From: Octopus sinensis
Taxonomy: Eukaryota
Length of the DNA stretch: 64,000 bases
Reading direction: 5' to 3'
Assembly (NCBI RefSeq): GCF_006345805.1
Contig: NC_042999.1
Span: forward strand, 37,882,001-37,946,000
Shown: piece after piece, positions 50,490 to 64,000 of the stretch
Layout: each line of letters starts with the position of its first letter
How positions within the stretch are numbered: position 1 is the first letter of the stretch
Made by a program: the position numbers and the translations under genes
The notes under the pieces: model-generated
Databases searched by the model: none
Seen by the model: the letters and a program-made list of their open reading frames with translations, nothing else
What the model was told of the DNA's origin: nothing

Positions 50490-53400
50490 TCTCTCTATAT
50501 ATAAACGGCAGTTTGTCTGTGCGTGCTTCTGTGTGTCTGTCTTCTCGTACCCTCACCCTGACCACGGCTTTCAACCGATTCTGATGAAACTTGACACACA
50601 CATAGCCCCAATGTCATAATTCAAAACTAACGAAGCGAAAATTTTGAAAAGTTCCCCCAGTTTCTGAAAAAAATTGATAAATTCGACATGGGGTCGAGAA
50701 TCATAAACATGAACCACAGACTGTCTAGGGGACGCAACTCGAGAATCTAAGCTTTTTTTATGCAACGCATTATCTATGGTAGTTTTCACAACTTGCAATC
50801 GATTTTCACCAAACTCATGGTGAAGCTTAATGTTACCCTAAGAAACTCAATTCTGACGTTAGTTTTCCATGCAATACTTACCATCAGAAACAATCGATAA
50901 AATCATGCCATTTTGGGAAATCGCGTTCAAATTCAAGATGACATATTTCGACAATATCTTTCACAAATTGGCAGGAATCTTTTTTTTTTTTCACAACGAC
51001 TTCATGTCTGCTCCAAGGAGCTATATAGCCCTTTTTATTCCAATAGGATACATTATTGGAAAAAATCGGTTAATTTAATCATATGTGGCACACATAGCAA
51101 AACAATTTGTGTATTAAACACAAACCAGACTGTCTAGGGGACGCAACTTGACCTTTTTAGCTATCGATAATTCGATCCAACCAATTCCTACCAGGAGAAA
51201 TTACATTCGGACTTTACCCCCAACACCGCCACTTCTGCTAATAGCTGCTGCAGCCGCAAGTTATTCGAATACTTTTTGGGTTTAACTTTCTTTATAACTA
51301 CCACCCCAAACGTTTTACCTTCAATTTTTGACGTACCCTAACGGTCCTCGGACGCTACTTGCAAACTCTTGGTTTATTATAAACCACTTTTGTCGTGTGC
51401 ATCAAAAAACTTTTCCTTTCGTTTGTTCAGTTTGATCACTTTTGACTTTTTCGTTGTTGTCACTCACATTGTTGCTGCCAGTTTTTGGCCGTTTTTGTAC
51501 ATTTTTATACATTTTCGGATACTTACCCCACGAGCTCCTTTTTATTACACCTTTACCAAACACATTGCTATCCACCAAAATACTTACCCCACGTGTTCTT
51601 TTTATTACAACTTTGCCAAACACATTGCTATCCACCAAAATGCCACCCAAGAAGAGAAGACCCTCCTCAGCCTCGGACGGCCAAGGCATCGGTCTGTAGG
51701 GCTAGAAGGGCACGCGAGACCCACGAGGAAACCGCCTTGCGCCTCTCGCAAACAGCTTCCCGTTATGCCGCTGCTCAGGCATCTGAAACTACTAGCGACC
51801 GTTCTACCCGACTTGCAAGGGTCGCAGCGTACAGATCTTCCCTCCGCTCGAGGTGACGACGAAAGAGCAACAGTCCAGCCAAAACATGCGGGCTTCTTAC
51901 TGTGCTTCCATCCGCAGAGCTCGCGAGAACCCCGAACAAAGGGCCATTCGGAATGCGGCTAACGCACTAGCACTGCCAGGACACGATCTGTCGAAACCTC
52001 ACAGCAGAGGAGAACTCGCCAAGCTGCTAACGCCGCAAACACAGCCAGGGCTCGATCTGCCGAAATCCACACCAACGGACTATTCGGACATCCAGACATG
52101 CCATTAACACTGCTCTGCTAGGGCTTCAGAGGGTGCTGAGGCGAGAGCTGAAAGGCTTTCAAGGATGCCACTGCTACCGCTGTCGCACGTGCATCTGAAT
52201 CTGCCGAGGCACGGTGCACTCGACTTGAGAGTATCAACAAACGTCGGGATATCATTCGTGGTGTACGTACCCCTGCCCCCGCTTTCTGGTTGTCACTAGC
52301 ATTCAACTACGACCCCACAATTAACTTCTCCTTGCGTGACGACATCAAGATAGGGTCAATGACAATTGTATGCCAGTTTTGCAAAGCCAAGAAATGGCCC
52401 GGAGAGCCACCTGGTTTGTGCTGCTCTGGTGGCAAAGTGGACTGCCACCCTACGGGACCCACCTCAACCACTGAAGGATCTCGCGGCGGGTTTTTAACCC
52501 CCGATTCGTCACAATTCCTTGAAATAATTCGAAAGTACAACTGCTCATTCCAAATGACCTCTTTCGGGGCCAAAATTCCTCCCAGAGAAGGCTGGATGCC
52601 TACTTTCAAAGTGCAGGGACAGGTACCATTATTGGGTCACTTCTGCCAGACGAGATTCAGCAGTCTTCTTTCCTCCAATATACTTCATTGCCGACTACAA
52701 CCACCAGGTTGATGCACGCCTTGGAATAATACGGGTACAAGCTATGTTCCCCGCAAAGACATTCTTCTCCGTCTCCAAACCATGCTTCATGATATCAACA
52801 GCTACGTCTGCAGCTTCAGATATGCCTTGGACAGTGCTCCTTCTCCAAACTTCACCGTTGTCATTGATGCTGATAAACGACCCCACGGGGAGCACGAACG
52901 CCGTTTCAACGCACCTGCGTGCAACGAAATTGCCGCAGTTATACACGGAGAGCAACACAACAGCCGTGACATAATCATCTCCTCCCGTGGTAACAACCTA
53001 CACAGGATCAGCGAGACTCACAGATCTTATGACGCGCTTCAGTATCCATTGCTTTTCCCTTATGGGGAAGACGGCTACCACTTCGGAATTCCTTTACGGC
53101 AGCCCTCCAATCAAACTACTGCGGCATCAAAGACGGTTTCCGGTTCGGCGGCAGGGCGTTTACTCATACCGGTTCATGGTCAGGGAGGGTGAGTTCAACT
53201 TATTGCCCCGTTGTCGTCAGCTATTCAACCAGTTCGCCGTCGACATGGCCGCAAAAATGGAATCGGAAAGGCTGCTATACATTAAACTTAATCAGACCAA
53301 ACTTCGCTCCGACTCCTACATTCATCTCCGTGACGTTTTGCAACAAGAAAATGACCCTCGCAACATCGGCAAGCCATGCATTTACCCTCCACCTTCACGG

Positions 53401-56400
53401 GAGGACCGCGATATATGCGTGAAAGGACCCAAGACGCCTTGACCTACGTGCGCATTTACGGCCGGCCGGACCTCTTTATCACCTACACGTGCAATCCCAG
53501 CTGCGACGAAATCACTCGCGAAATCCTCCCGGGTCAATCTCACACCCATCGACACGACATCGTTGCTAGGGTTTTCCGTCTGAATTTGGGCAAAATGAAG
53601 GATTTGATAGTTAAGGGTCAGATTTTCGGGCATGTCAGGTGCCACATGTTTTCGGTCGAGTGGCAAAAGAGGGGCTTTCCACATGCTCACATATTAATTT
53701 TGGCTCACTCATAAAATCGAGACTAATGACATTGACAAATTCATTTCCGCCGAGATTCCTGACCCCGATGAACACCCGGACTCTACGAAATTGTCCGCAC
53801 TACCATGGTACACGGGCCCTGTGGACCAAATTACGCCAACACACCATGCTACAAAAACGGATTAGCCTGCTCAAAGGGATTCCCTAAACGGTTCACTTTG
53901 GAGACTCAAACAGGCGGCGATGGGTATCCGCTGTACAAACGAAGGAGTCCAGCCAATGGAGGCCGCACGATTACGGTGGGCGACATCAAGTGGACAACAG
54001 CTACATTGTACCCTACTGTCCTCTCCTGTCGAAGATATTCAAAGCCCACGTCAACGTTGAGTTCTGCAGCTCCATCAGGTCAATACAAATGTCTGCAAAT
54101 ATATCAACAAAGGCAGCGATGCTGCCATGTTCAGCATCCAGAGGACCACCAGTCGCGACGAAGTGTCCAGCTACTTGGCTGGCCGGTACCTCAGGCAGCA
54201 ACGAAGCGTTTTGGCGCATTTACGGCTTCCCGCTCCATCAGAGACACCCGGCTGTGGTGCAGCTTGCTGTACACTTGGAAAATGGACAGCGGATTTACTT
54301 CACAGAGCAAAGTGCTGTGCAGATAGCCACCAGCCCTAATGACACAACGTTGACTGGTTTCTTCAAATTATGCCAACGTGATGACTTCGCGCTCGAACGC
54401 TTTTGTACCCACAGGTCCCATCGTACTTCGTGTGGTCTAAAACACCTGGGTTCGACGGAAACGGCAAAAACGTCGAAAGCTTCCCAGGCGTCAAGTTTGA
54501 CTCCTGCCTGGGTCGAGTTTACAACATCCCGCCAAACCAGCAAGAATGCTTCTACCTCCGTCTCCTTCTACATGAGGTCACTGGTCGAACAGGTTTCGCC
54601 AATATACGTACCGTCAATGGGGTTCTGTGCGACACCTTCAGGGAAGCATGTATGAACTTGGCCTTCTAGAGGATGACTCCCAGGGACGCCACGATGGCAG
54701 AGGGTGCTTTACTGCAAACGCATTCGGCCCTACGACATCTTTTCGCAATCCTTCTTCAAAAATGTCAGCTTAGTCATCCACTAAGTCTCTGGATGAAATA
54801 CAGGGATGACATGTCGCACGACTTTTACGTACGGCTCAGCAACACTGCCCTTCCGCCGAGATCACGTTCACCAACTTCATTTACAATTTTGCGCTCATTC
54901 AACTCGAAGACGCTGTCATCGATATGGGTGGGTCTGCTTTAACAGAGTACGGCCTTCCACCACCCACACGTGAACACGCCAATGTTATGTCTGCTGAATT
55001 GTTACGCGAAACTTCCTACTGCATTGAGGAACTGCACCAGTACGTCCAAGATAATGAACCACGGCTGCTTCCAGACCAGCGCATAGCCTACAACACCATC
55101 GTAGACTCTGTCAGACAGCAACGTGGGGGGATTTTCTTCCTTGATGCACCCGGCGGCACAGGCACAAAACCTTCGTCACTAAACTAATTCTGGCAGAGGT
55201 CAGACGCAACACGGACATTGCCCTGGCTGTAGCTTCCTCTGGTATCGCGGCCACGTTGCTTCCGGGTGGCAGAAACGCCCACTCTGCCTTCAGACTCCCG
55301 CTCGATCTGGCAAAGTCCGAATCACCTATCTGCAACATCGCCAAGAACTCAGAACAGGCCGACATTCTTCGCAGATGCAAATCATCGTATGGGACGAGTG
55401 CACTATGGCACACAAAGGGCCCTTGAGGCACCGGACAGGTCCCTGCAAGACATCAGAGACTCTACGGCCCCCATGGGAGGATAACTTTACTTCTTTCAGG
55501 AGACTTCAGGCAGACTCTACCTGTTATTCCAAAAGGAACCCGTGCCGATGCCGTGCGCGCGTGCCTTAAGTCGTCAGCTCTTTGGGCACATGTGCGGCCC
55601 TTGCACCTCCAAACTAACATGCGCGCGCAGTTAATTGGTGACAGCGGATCCGCTGCATTCTCCAGGGACCTCTTACGCTTGGTGTGAAAATAGGATGCTG
55701 TCTGATGCGGATGGCTACGTTCAATTGGACTCACTTTGCACCATTGTCGACACCCCTGCTAGCCTCCGGGACGCTGTCTTCCACGACCTACAAAAACAAT
55801 TTACGCGACCTAAAATGGCTGGCAGGCAGAGCTATTCTCGCACCCAAAAATACAACCGTCAACTCCATCAATATCCAGCTACTTGAAGCTATTCCTGGTG
55901 ATGTCCACGTCTACAAATCTATAGATAGGACAGCAGACCCCGCCCAGCTTGCCGATTATCCTGTTGAATTCCTGAATTCACTTGAACCGCCAGGCCTGCC
56001 ACCACACATCCTGAAGTTAAAAGTCGGTGCGCCCATTATGCTCATCAGGAATTTGGTTCCACCTAAACAGTGCAACGGCACACGTTTGGTTGTGAAACAT
56101 TTGGCACCACATTTAATAACGGCCACAATACTTACGGTTGTGGGAAGGGAGAGGACGTCTTCATTCCACGGATGCACCTTCAACCGTCGGGCGCTGACCT
56201 ACCAATCCACTTCAGGCGTTCTCAGTTTCCTGTTAAACTCTGCTTCGCAATGTCCATCAATAAATCCCAAGGCCAAACGCTACAAGTCGCTGGGTTACAT
56301 TTGGGCGAACAGTGCTTCGCCACGGTCAACTCTACGTGGGCTGTTCACGCGTTGGGAGGCGCAATGATGTTTTCATGTTTTCGCCCAAACGGCCAGCTAG

Positions 56401-56553
56401 GAACATCGTATATACAGAAGTATTCCAGTGAAGACAAGACATTGCAACGTCCACATGCACCTTCGTTCCCTGGAGGGAAAGGACTACATTGGGATTAGTC
56501 GTTGCCTACTAGGGGCTCTTACATACCCGGGCAACGCCGGGCTATGCTGCTAG
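50490..56553 (+). mobile_element. Autonomous-type Helitron (Rep HUH endonuclease + PIF1 helicase), frameshifted in this assembly
   Basis: 5' A|TCTCTCTATATATAAA; 3' hairpin CCCGGGCAACGCCGGG then CTAG|T; ATG at 51640 (MPPKKRR); CQFCKAKKW...CCSGGKV zinc motif; PDLFITYTCNP, VEWQKRGFPHAHIL, YPLYKRR Rep motifs; FFLDAPGGTG, IVWDECTM, LKVGAPIMLIRNL, FAMSINKSQGQTL helicase motifs. Confidence 0.97.
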
Positions 56554-56947
56554 TATATATATATGTATGTATACGAATCCAAATTCACTAAGTACAGCAG
56601 ATTAATATTTAACGACAAAGAGAGAACTTAATGTATAATAAATAAATGCGAACGAAATGTTTTTCTTCGTATTCAGCTGTGACTTCTTCAGACAAAGACT
56701 TAAGTGAAAATGGTGACGAGAAAATAGAATTAAATCAATATTTGTTTCTAGTTGGAATGTTTTCAGTCTAAAGAAGTTAACACTAAGTAGAACCAGAACT
56801 GATAATAACGAAATTCTTTTATTTTACAAGAAGTGATGAAAAGAAAATATAACCAAGCATTCAAACATAAATACAGTTACACACATACGTAGGTGCATGT
56901 CATGGTATATATCTATATAAATCTCCCCCCACCTCTCTGTCTGTCTA

Positions 56948-56992
<45 letters not shown>

Positions 56993-57000
56993 TCTGTCTC

Positions 57001-57070
<70 letters not shown>

Positions 57071-57283
57071 TGTACATAGCTCTGTGTGTATAATCATATG
57101 AAAATGTGAATATATGTTCATGAATGTATAAGTAAGATTCAGTTGAATTAGGTACCTAAATTGAGGCAACACGTTAGGTCGAAATAACACACACACACAC
57201 ACATACACACACACATACACACACACACACACACATACACACACACACACACACACATACACACACACATACACACACACACA

Positions 57284-57323
<40 letters not shown>

Positions 57324-57834
57324 ACAATATAATGTAAACATCAAACTTGGTGCTTAAGCACCGGCTGAATGATATTCTTGTAATGTATGCAGACAATTAG
57401 ACCCGGGTGAATGAAGAAATCCGCTCTTGAGCTATTTAGACATATTACGAACACGGTCCATAATATTTACGAAGGGCAGATTCCGAGACAGGTGAATCAA
57501 ATATAAATGCATAACATTTGAGGTACAGGTGTCAATCCATTACGGCCCTTCTTAAAGACTCCTTTAATTGAATAATGAAAACATTACGTCATTGTAAAGA
57601 GACCGTAAATAAACTATAACAGTTCACAGATTGTGTCAACTGAAAAAGCGGCGAATCACGGGAAATGTTTTCCTCCGTGGATTTTATAGTATGTTAAACC
57701 ATTTTGTGTCTTCTAATTTGAAGTTCATGAAGTCGTCTGATGAAAACGGTCTATTTACAATGATGTAACGTTTTCATTAACCAATTATAGGAATCGTTAG
57801 AAACGGCTATAATGTATCTCTACTGTTACTCATC

Positions 57835-57869
<35 letters not shown>

Positions 57870-57928
57870 TTATATATATATATAATAAATATATATATAT
57901 ATAAATAAATAAATATATATATAAATAT

Positions 57929-58170
57929 ATGAGTGGTTGTGTGGTAAGCAGCTTGCTTACCAACCACATGGTCCCGGGTTCAGTCCCACTGTGCGGCACC
58001 TTGGACAAGTGTCTTCTGCCATAGCCTCGGGCCAACCAAAGCCTTGTGAGCGGATTTGGTAGTGGATTTGTATGTGTATCTGTGTTTGTCTTCCAACATC
58101 ACGTGACAGCCGATGCTGGTGTGTTTATATCCCCATAAGTTAGCGGTTCGGCAAAGTGGTCGACAGAATA
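57929..58170 (+). mobile_element. SINE family A, internally deleted
   Basis: Head and CORE part, then jump to TGTGTATCTGTGTTTGTC...GCGGTTCGGCAAAG. Confidence 0.75.
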
Positions 58171-58210
58171 AGTCTTATTATTATATATAATATATATATA
58201 TTCTTCTATT

Positions 58211-58252
<42 letters not shown>

Positions 58253-58434
58253 TAAAAATATACATACATATATATATATTTGTATATATATATATAAAAT
58301 TTATAAGTTTAAATTATTTAAATAATTTTTTATTTTTAACTTTTATATTTTTAAATTAATTTTATGTATTGGCTTATGTTTTTCACTGTTTGATTTGCCT
58401 AATAGTGGTTTTATCTCTAATTTAATATAATATA

Positions 58435-58489
<55 letters not shown>

Positions 58490-59726
58490 TCTGGGGATCG
58501 AGGTGAAAGAAGCAAGTTAGCTTCAAGCAATCCGTAGTAAATATAAAGAACAACTTCCACGGACAATAGTGGTTTATTGAGACGGAAGGTTGTGGTATTT
58601 TTTTCGCATCCAATTACGATAAATTGAAAAAAAATTCTCTTTAAAATTTCACGATAGGCGACCAGCATTGCCGGGTGTGCGAATAAGAATAGAAGAGTTA
58701 CAGAGGTGTATACCGCAGGCTAATCTTCAGGCCAAGGACATTTTGATTAAATGAAAGTTTACATTGCCGCAAGGAGGTACATGTTGACGGATGGAAGACC
58801 CAGTAACTGTTTCATTGATTAAGTTCAATTATTTAATCAAGATATCCTTGGCTTGAACAGTAGTCTGCGATATACACCTAGCATGGATAGATATCACTTC
58901 CGAGGCTCCGCTTGCTACGAAATATATGTAGCCCGGATGTCATCTACTCTATTCCGTAACTCTTGTACATACATACATATATATACGTAAATACACACAT
59001 ACATACACATACATACATACATACATACATACATACATACATACATACATACATACATACATTTAAATAATTGAAATATATAATTTATATATTGATATAT
59101 ATATACGTATATATATTCATATATTTATATTGAGATCAGCTCGCGCGCCTCTGAATGTATGAAAATTACGAAGCACATTGAATTTTTGTTTCAAAATAAA
59201 ATACATATACAGAGAGTGTATACACTAAAATTCTTGGGGTTGTACAAAACAAGGTCGCGGCAATATATTACTAATGAAAGTATATACGTAAAAATGCCTA
59301 TGATAAAAAACTACAATTGTCATATTGGTACAAACTGAGTTATTATATTACGGGGACAATGTGTTTGTGAGTAAATTTTAAATAAGTTAACATTCGCACC
59401 TACTACACTGTGTAAACGGCATGGCGTACTTTAACTACATGTTTCTCTCGTTTGTGTGTCTGCCATTGCGGATATGAATCCCAGTTTCCGTTTACCAAAT
59501 CCACTCAGAAAACTTTGGTCTGCCCGAGACTATAGTAGAAGAGACTGGCGCAAGGTGCCACGCCGTGGGACTGAACCCGGAACTATATGGTTGGGAAGTA
59601 GGCTTTTTTGTCTTTGTATATGTATATATATAGTAATCTTAATATATTATTCAATGTGAGATGTATAAAAATTTCCATTCGGTGTTACTACAGTTTAGTA
59701 CGTAAATTTATATGTAAACCTACACA

Positions 59727-59836
<110 letters not shown>

Positions 59837-60947
59837 TATATCTATTTATGCATCTATATGTGTGTGTCTGCGTATGTATAGCTATCTAATTATGCCATAT
59901 GTTTGTGCGTGAGGACGTGTGTATGTGTGTTGTTGTACGCGTGTCACTGTTATTGCGCGTTTCTGTGTGCTTCTGTGATTGTGTAATGGTTGTTAGTTTC
60001 ATTAAAATATGGTTGAATTGAAAGTTATAAATTTCAATCATTTATATGATCGTAAAGATAAAGCTATTCCTCTATGTCTTCTGGTCGTCGTTGATTCTTC
60101 TCTTCTCTTTTCCTGTCTTCTTATACAATTCTGCTCCTCGGCTCTTTTAATACGTAATGTTTCTATGGTAACAACCATTTCAGACTTTCCTTTATTGACG
60201 TGTCTGTCGGAATGTACTTGCTTGAATTATGCTGTTGCAATTAAAATCTTTTAACAGAATGATGTGCGATTTCGGATGCAATATGAGGCACCAAAACGCA
60301 CGTAGTAATCAACTTAACTGCGTATTACTCGAGAGGCAAATGTCTGATTATGTGTAACCATTTTTATCCATCAAAGGGGAAACATTTCTTATTTACTTCG
60401 TGAAAGGGAATATGAAAATAAATAAATATTAATTTCATACAAACATTTCGTAGTTTTCTTAGATATTAGTGAATGTAAGTAACGTTAAACTTATGGATTA
60501 AATGCTGTGTTGTAACCAACCTGCCACTTAAAATATAATTTTGTCTTATATGTAAAAGCTTCTTTGCATTCAACTGAAAAAGGAAAACTGTATTTGTAAC
60601 CATATGAAGCGTACTGATAGGAAAAACTTGAAGATTGATGTTTGTGCGTGTGTGTAAATATATATATATATGAAACGATCGTAGTGTTTTACTCTTTATC
60701 TTTTATTAAACTTTTAATACTTTTGATATATATTTAAAATAATATAAATTAATTAATTTTATGTATTGGCTTATGTTTTTCACTGTTTGATTTGCCTAAT
60801 AGTAGTTTTATCTCTAATATAATATAATATAATATAATATAATATATTTTACTATAAAATTGGATTTAATCCTAAATCTGATTTTTCCCTGTAAGTTTGG
60901 ATTTATTCCCTAATATTTTATAATTAATTTATATATATATATATATA

Positions 60948-61555
60948 TTAAAATTATTACTTAGGTTTCTACGAGATATTGCCCTGCTGAAAATAGCAAC
61001 CAGGATCTGACTCTAAAACCACATTAAGTGTTCATATAGCACAAGGAGAGAAGACAAAAAGACAAAATAAAACTAGTAAAAATTACTGGATAATTCCAGA
61101 TCCCGGATTTCTGGAATTTGCATTTAGAAATGCTTTGCCTCATCAGTGGAATATACGCAGAGAGAAACATAAATACATATATTATATACATGCAACATAC
61201 GAATACTTACATATACGAACGTATACATACATATATATGCACGTATGCAACATGACCAGTTTAAAATGCCCGCTCCTGAATGTGCGATATGGTTAAAACA
61301 TCACCGCAGTAAATACAATGACGAAATAAATTTAAATTTATATAAATAAGGATAAGATCGCTAATTTAAATTAAATGACGATCTTATCAAGTGGCCAGCA
61401 TGGAAATAAAACCTTCAAAGGTAATAATTATTATTAAAATTATAACTTAGGGTATCTACGAGATACTGCCATGCTAGAAATAGCTCCAGGATCTGACTCT
61501 AAAATCACATTAAGTGTTCATATAGCACAAGGAGGGAAGACAAAAAGACAAAATA
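60948..61555. repeat. Two ~122-bp direct repeats with a hammerhead-like motif between them (Penelope-like)
   Basis: 60948-61069 and 61434-61555 are diverged direct repeats; reverse-strand hammerhead core at 61093-61152. Confidence 0.55.
61093..61152 (-). ncRNA. Degenerate type I hammerhead ribozyme motif
   Basis: ATTCCA-CTGATGA-GGCAAAGCATTTCTAAATGCAAATTCCA-GAAA-TCCGGGA-TC-TGGAAT; 6-bp stem I and core intact, base of stem II imperfect. Confidence 0.45.
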
Positions 61556-61973
61556 GGGATCTTTTCGGTTTGAACGGCAGATTTTTCTAGCGGTGTCATA
61601 TGAAATTGTTATCCATAATTATGACCCTAGAATCGATCTATTGCATTTCAATATCTTTTAGGATTAGGGTTAGGGGTGGGGGAAGGGTATCTTTTTCTCT
61701 TCACAAATGTAAATAAACCCAATCTGTTTCTTAAACGAGGGACACATTCATACGACACAAAATGCTTTTTAACTCAATAGACGTAATTGATTGGTTGAAA
61801 TTGCAGAAATTGAAGGAAAAAAACAACAAATATCTTACAAACTATAGAATTTTCTCAATGAAGCCAAGAGAAAAATATGTTTTATAAACACATTCTACCA
61901 GTATACGATGTTTAAAATTTTTTAGTTACCTAGAAATTATGTTAAAAACTGCCGGTCAAACCGAAAAGATCCC
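61556..61973. mobile_element. MITE with 25-bp TIRs (GGGATC...GATCCC)
   Basis: GGGATCTTTTCGGTTTGAACGGCAG at 61556-61580 versus CTGCCGGTCAAACCGAAAAGATCCC at 61949-61973, one mismatch; non-coding interior. Confidence 0.85.
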
Positions 61974-62667
61974 CAAATAGTAGAAGAAGACATTTGAAAC
62001 ACCTAGCAGTATACTTGGAAGTAAATATTCTAATAATTATAGATGACAGTGTAAAGTTAAATAGCTGAAACTAGATCTCAAAACCGAGTCGCGAATTCCG
62101 CTTTTCTGTTGCCTTTATCAACTTTCAGACCAATATATGTGACATAGAACAAATTACTATAAAATGTTCAACGTATGAAGCTTCATGTGTAAAATAAATT
62201 GAATTACCTTCAGCTAGAAATCAAAGCTAGGTTTTACAGCAGCGTTTCCGATAATTTTTCTCTGTTGCACATACCCCACAATATCGGTAATACAATTATA
62301 CAACGGAAAAGTCACTGATATTAACTTATTCTCTTCGCAGAGAAATTGGCAACAATAAAGGTTTTATTTAGTTTGACAAAATATAAAAGATAATGATATG
62401 GTAGGTGCCAGAAGTCTTCAACAGATAAATTGCTATCACCAACCTGCTTTTAGTTTGGTTTTAAGGTAACATAACAGGTGCAGGCATGCAAGGTTTTTAA
62501 CCTCATAAATTGAGGTTAACAAGCTTGTTTTGCAACAACGTGGTTTCAGGTTCAGTCCTGTTGTGTGGCAGCTTTAGCATGTGTTTTTTTTATAGCCTAG
62601 GACGGGCCAATGATTTGTGAATTGATTTGAAGAACGGAGATTGTGCGGAAGCCCGTCATATATATAT

Positions 62668-62701
<34 letters not shown>

Positions 62702-63169
62702 TTTTGCCTCTTCGTGTTTATGTTTGTCTTTTACTGCTTGAAATCCGATGTTCGGTTGTGAAAATCCCCGTATATTAGCAGTCAGGCAAACCCCCCCCCC
62801 CAAAAAAAAACCGATAGAATAATAACAAAATTTAAATAAGTAATGTGTGTTTGTATATCCATGGGGGTCGATTCTTTTTGGCGGGGATTCCAGCGTGGTT
62901 GCCGTCCAACAATCAAAACAAGTGAAAGAGCAAAATTGCTTAGCAACGCCATTCTGCATTAAGCAGAATAGTTGTGTGAATGATCACATAATATTGTGAA
63001 CCAAAACTTTTCAATCTGAAAACAAAATTCAGCGGGAATTATACCAATTAAAACTTCTAAGTTATTGCCTTGATCAAATTCGATTAGATTTAGTCGTGCA
63101 TATTTTTTTCTTTCTCTATTCGACTTAAGTTTTTGATGTCATATTAAATCTATATATGGTTTTCTTATA

Positions 63170-63376
63170 TTCTTTTACTTGCTTCAGTCATTTGACTGCG
63201 GCCATGCTAGAGCACCTCCTTTAGTCGATCAAATCGCCCCCAGGGCTTATTCTTTGTAAGTTTAGTACTTATTTTATCGACTCTTTTGCCGATCCGCTCA
63301 GTTATGGGGGCGTAAACGCACCAACATCGGTTGTCAAGCGATGGTGGGGACAAACACTGACACACAAATACATACA

Positions 63377-63446
<70 letters not shown>

Positions 63447-63562
63447 GACACGCTTCTTTCAGTTTCCGTCAACCAATTACACTCACAACGCTTTCGTCAG
63501 CCCGAGGCTCTAGGTACTACGCAGTGGGACTGAACTCCGAACCATGTGGTTAGGAAGCAAGT
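63170..63562 (-). mobile_element. SINE family A, diverged full length
   Basis: Tail at 63170, internal (CA)(TA), head ending about 63562. Confidence 0.85.
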
Positions 63563-64000
63563 TTCTTTATTCCTTACTTTTAAATTGCCATAAAGGCATT
63601 ACATAGAGGGGGACACTACAACACATGTGGGACATATGACAATTAAAATAAAAATATGATGCTAAGAATGACACATGAAAATGAACATGAAAAACATTAA
63701 AATCAAAATAATGATACACATGAAGGATAACTGAGAAATGTGAAATGAGAACAAAACACTTCATCTCACTTTGCCCTGCAATCACTTCGATACCTGACGC
63801 GTGGTACACCATGCACCTGTTCAGGTGTTGTCGGTTTGATCATCTGTGTAATTTGTTCTGCAAGAAATTGCAGAACTGTTTTTCTCGGTCTACGAGAGAC
63901 TACCATCAACATAGATATGTGTGTGCATGTGTATGTACGCGTTTAATTTTTACGAAGAAAAGCTTTACATTGCCTTTGTGACTGAAATTTTCTTAGTTGC

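Noticed and set aside
61660-61685. TTAGGG telomere-like motif
   Set aside because: Only about two units, inside a MITE; not a telomeric array.

Overview
AT-rich, microsatellite-saturated eukaryotic DNA whose repeat content (tRNA-derived SINEs with CORE/V/Meta-like modules, CR1, RTE and Dong/R4 LINEs, Helitrons, Tc1/mariner) fits an octopus (coleoid cephalopod) intergenic or intronic region; the organism is inferred, not shown. No host protein-coding gene can be recognised, and most ORF-track entries are translations of (TA)n/(TATG)n/(CA)n/(TAA)n repeats. Main content: (1) a nest of (TAA)n-embedded Dong/R4-clade retrotransposons with RT, CCHC knuckle and restriction-like endonuclease, plus short passenger elements (35.9-43.9 kb); (2) a ~6.06 kb Helitron with both termini and a frameshifted Rep/PIF1 ORF (50490-56553) and a 397-bp non-autonomous relative; (3) a DD37D maT and a DD34D mariner remnant; (4) CR1 and RTE LINE fragments; (5) many SINEs of at least four families. 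Less obvious structure: a type I hammerhead ribozyme motif at 15567-15647 and a weaker one at 61093-61152, a CR1 LINE whose 3' tail is the same as the tail of the commonest SINE, one SINE 5' module joined to three different 3' modules, and two long fold-back palindromes. All coordinates and alignments were read by eye.
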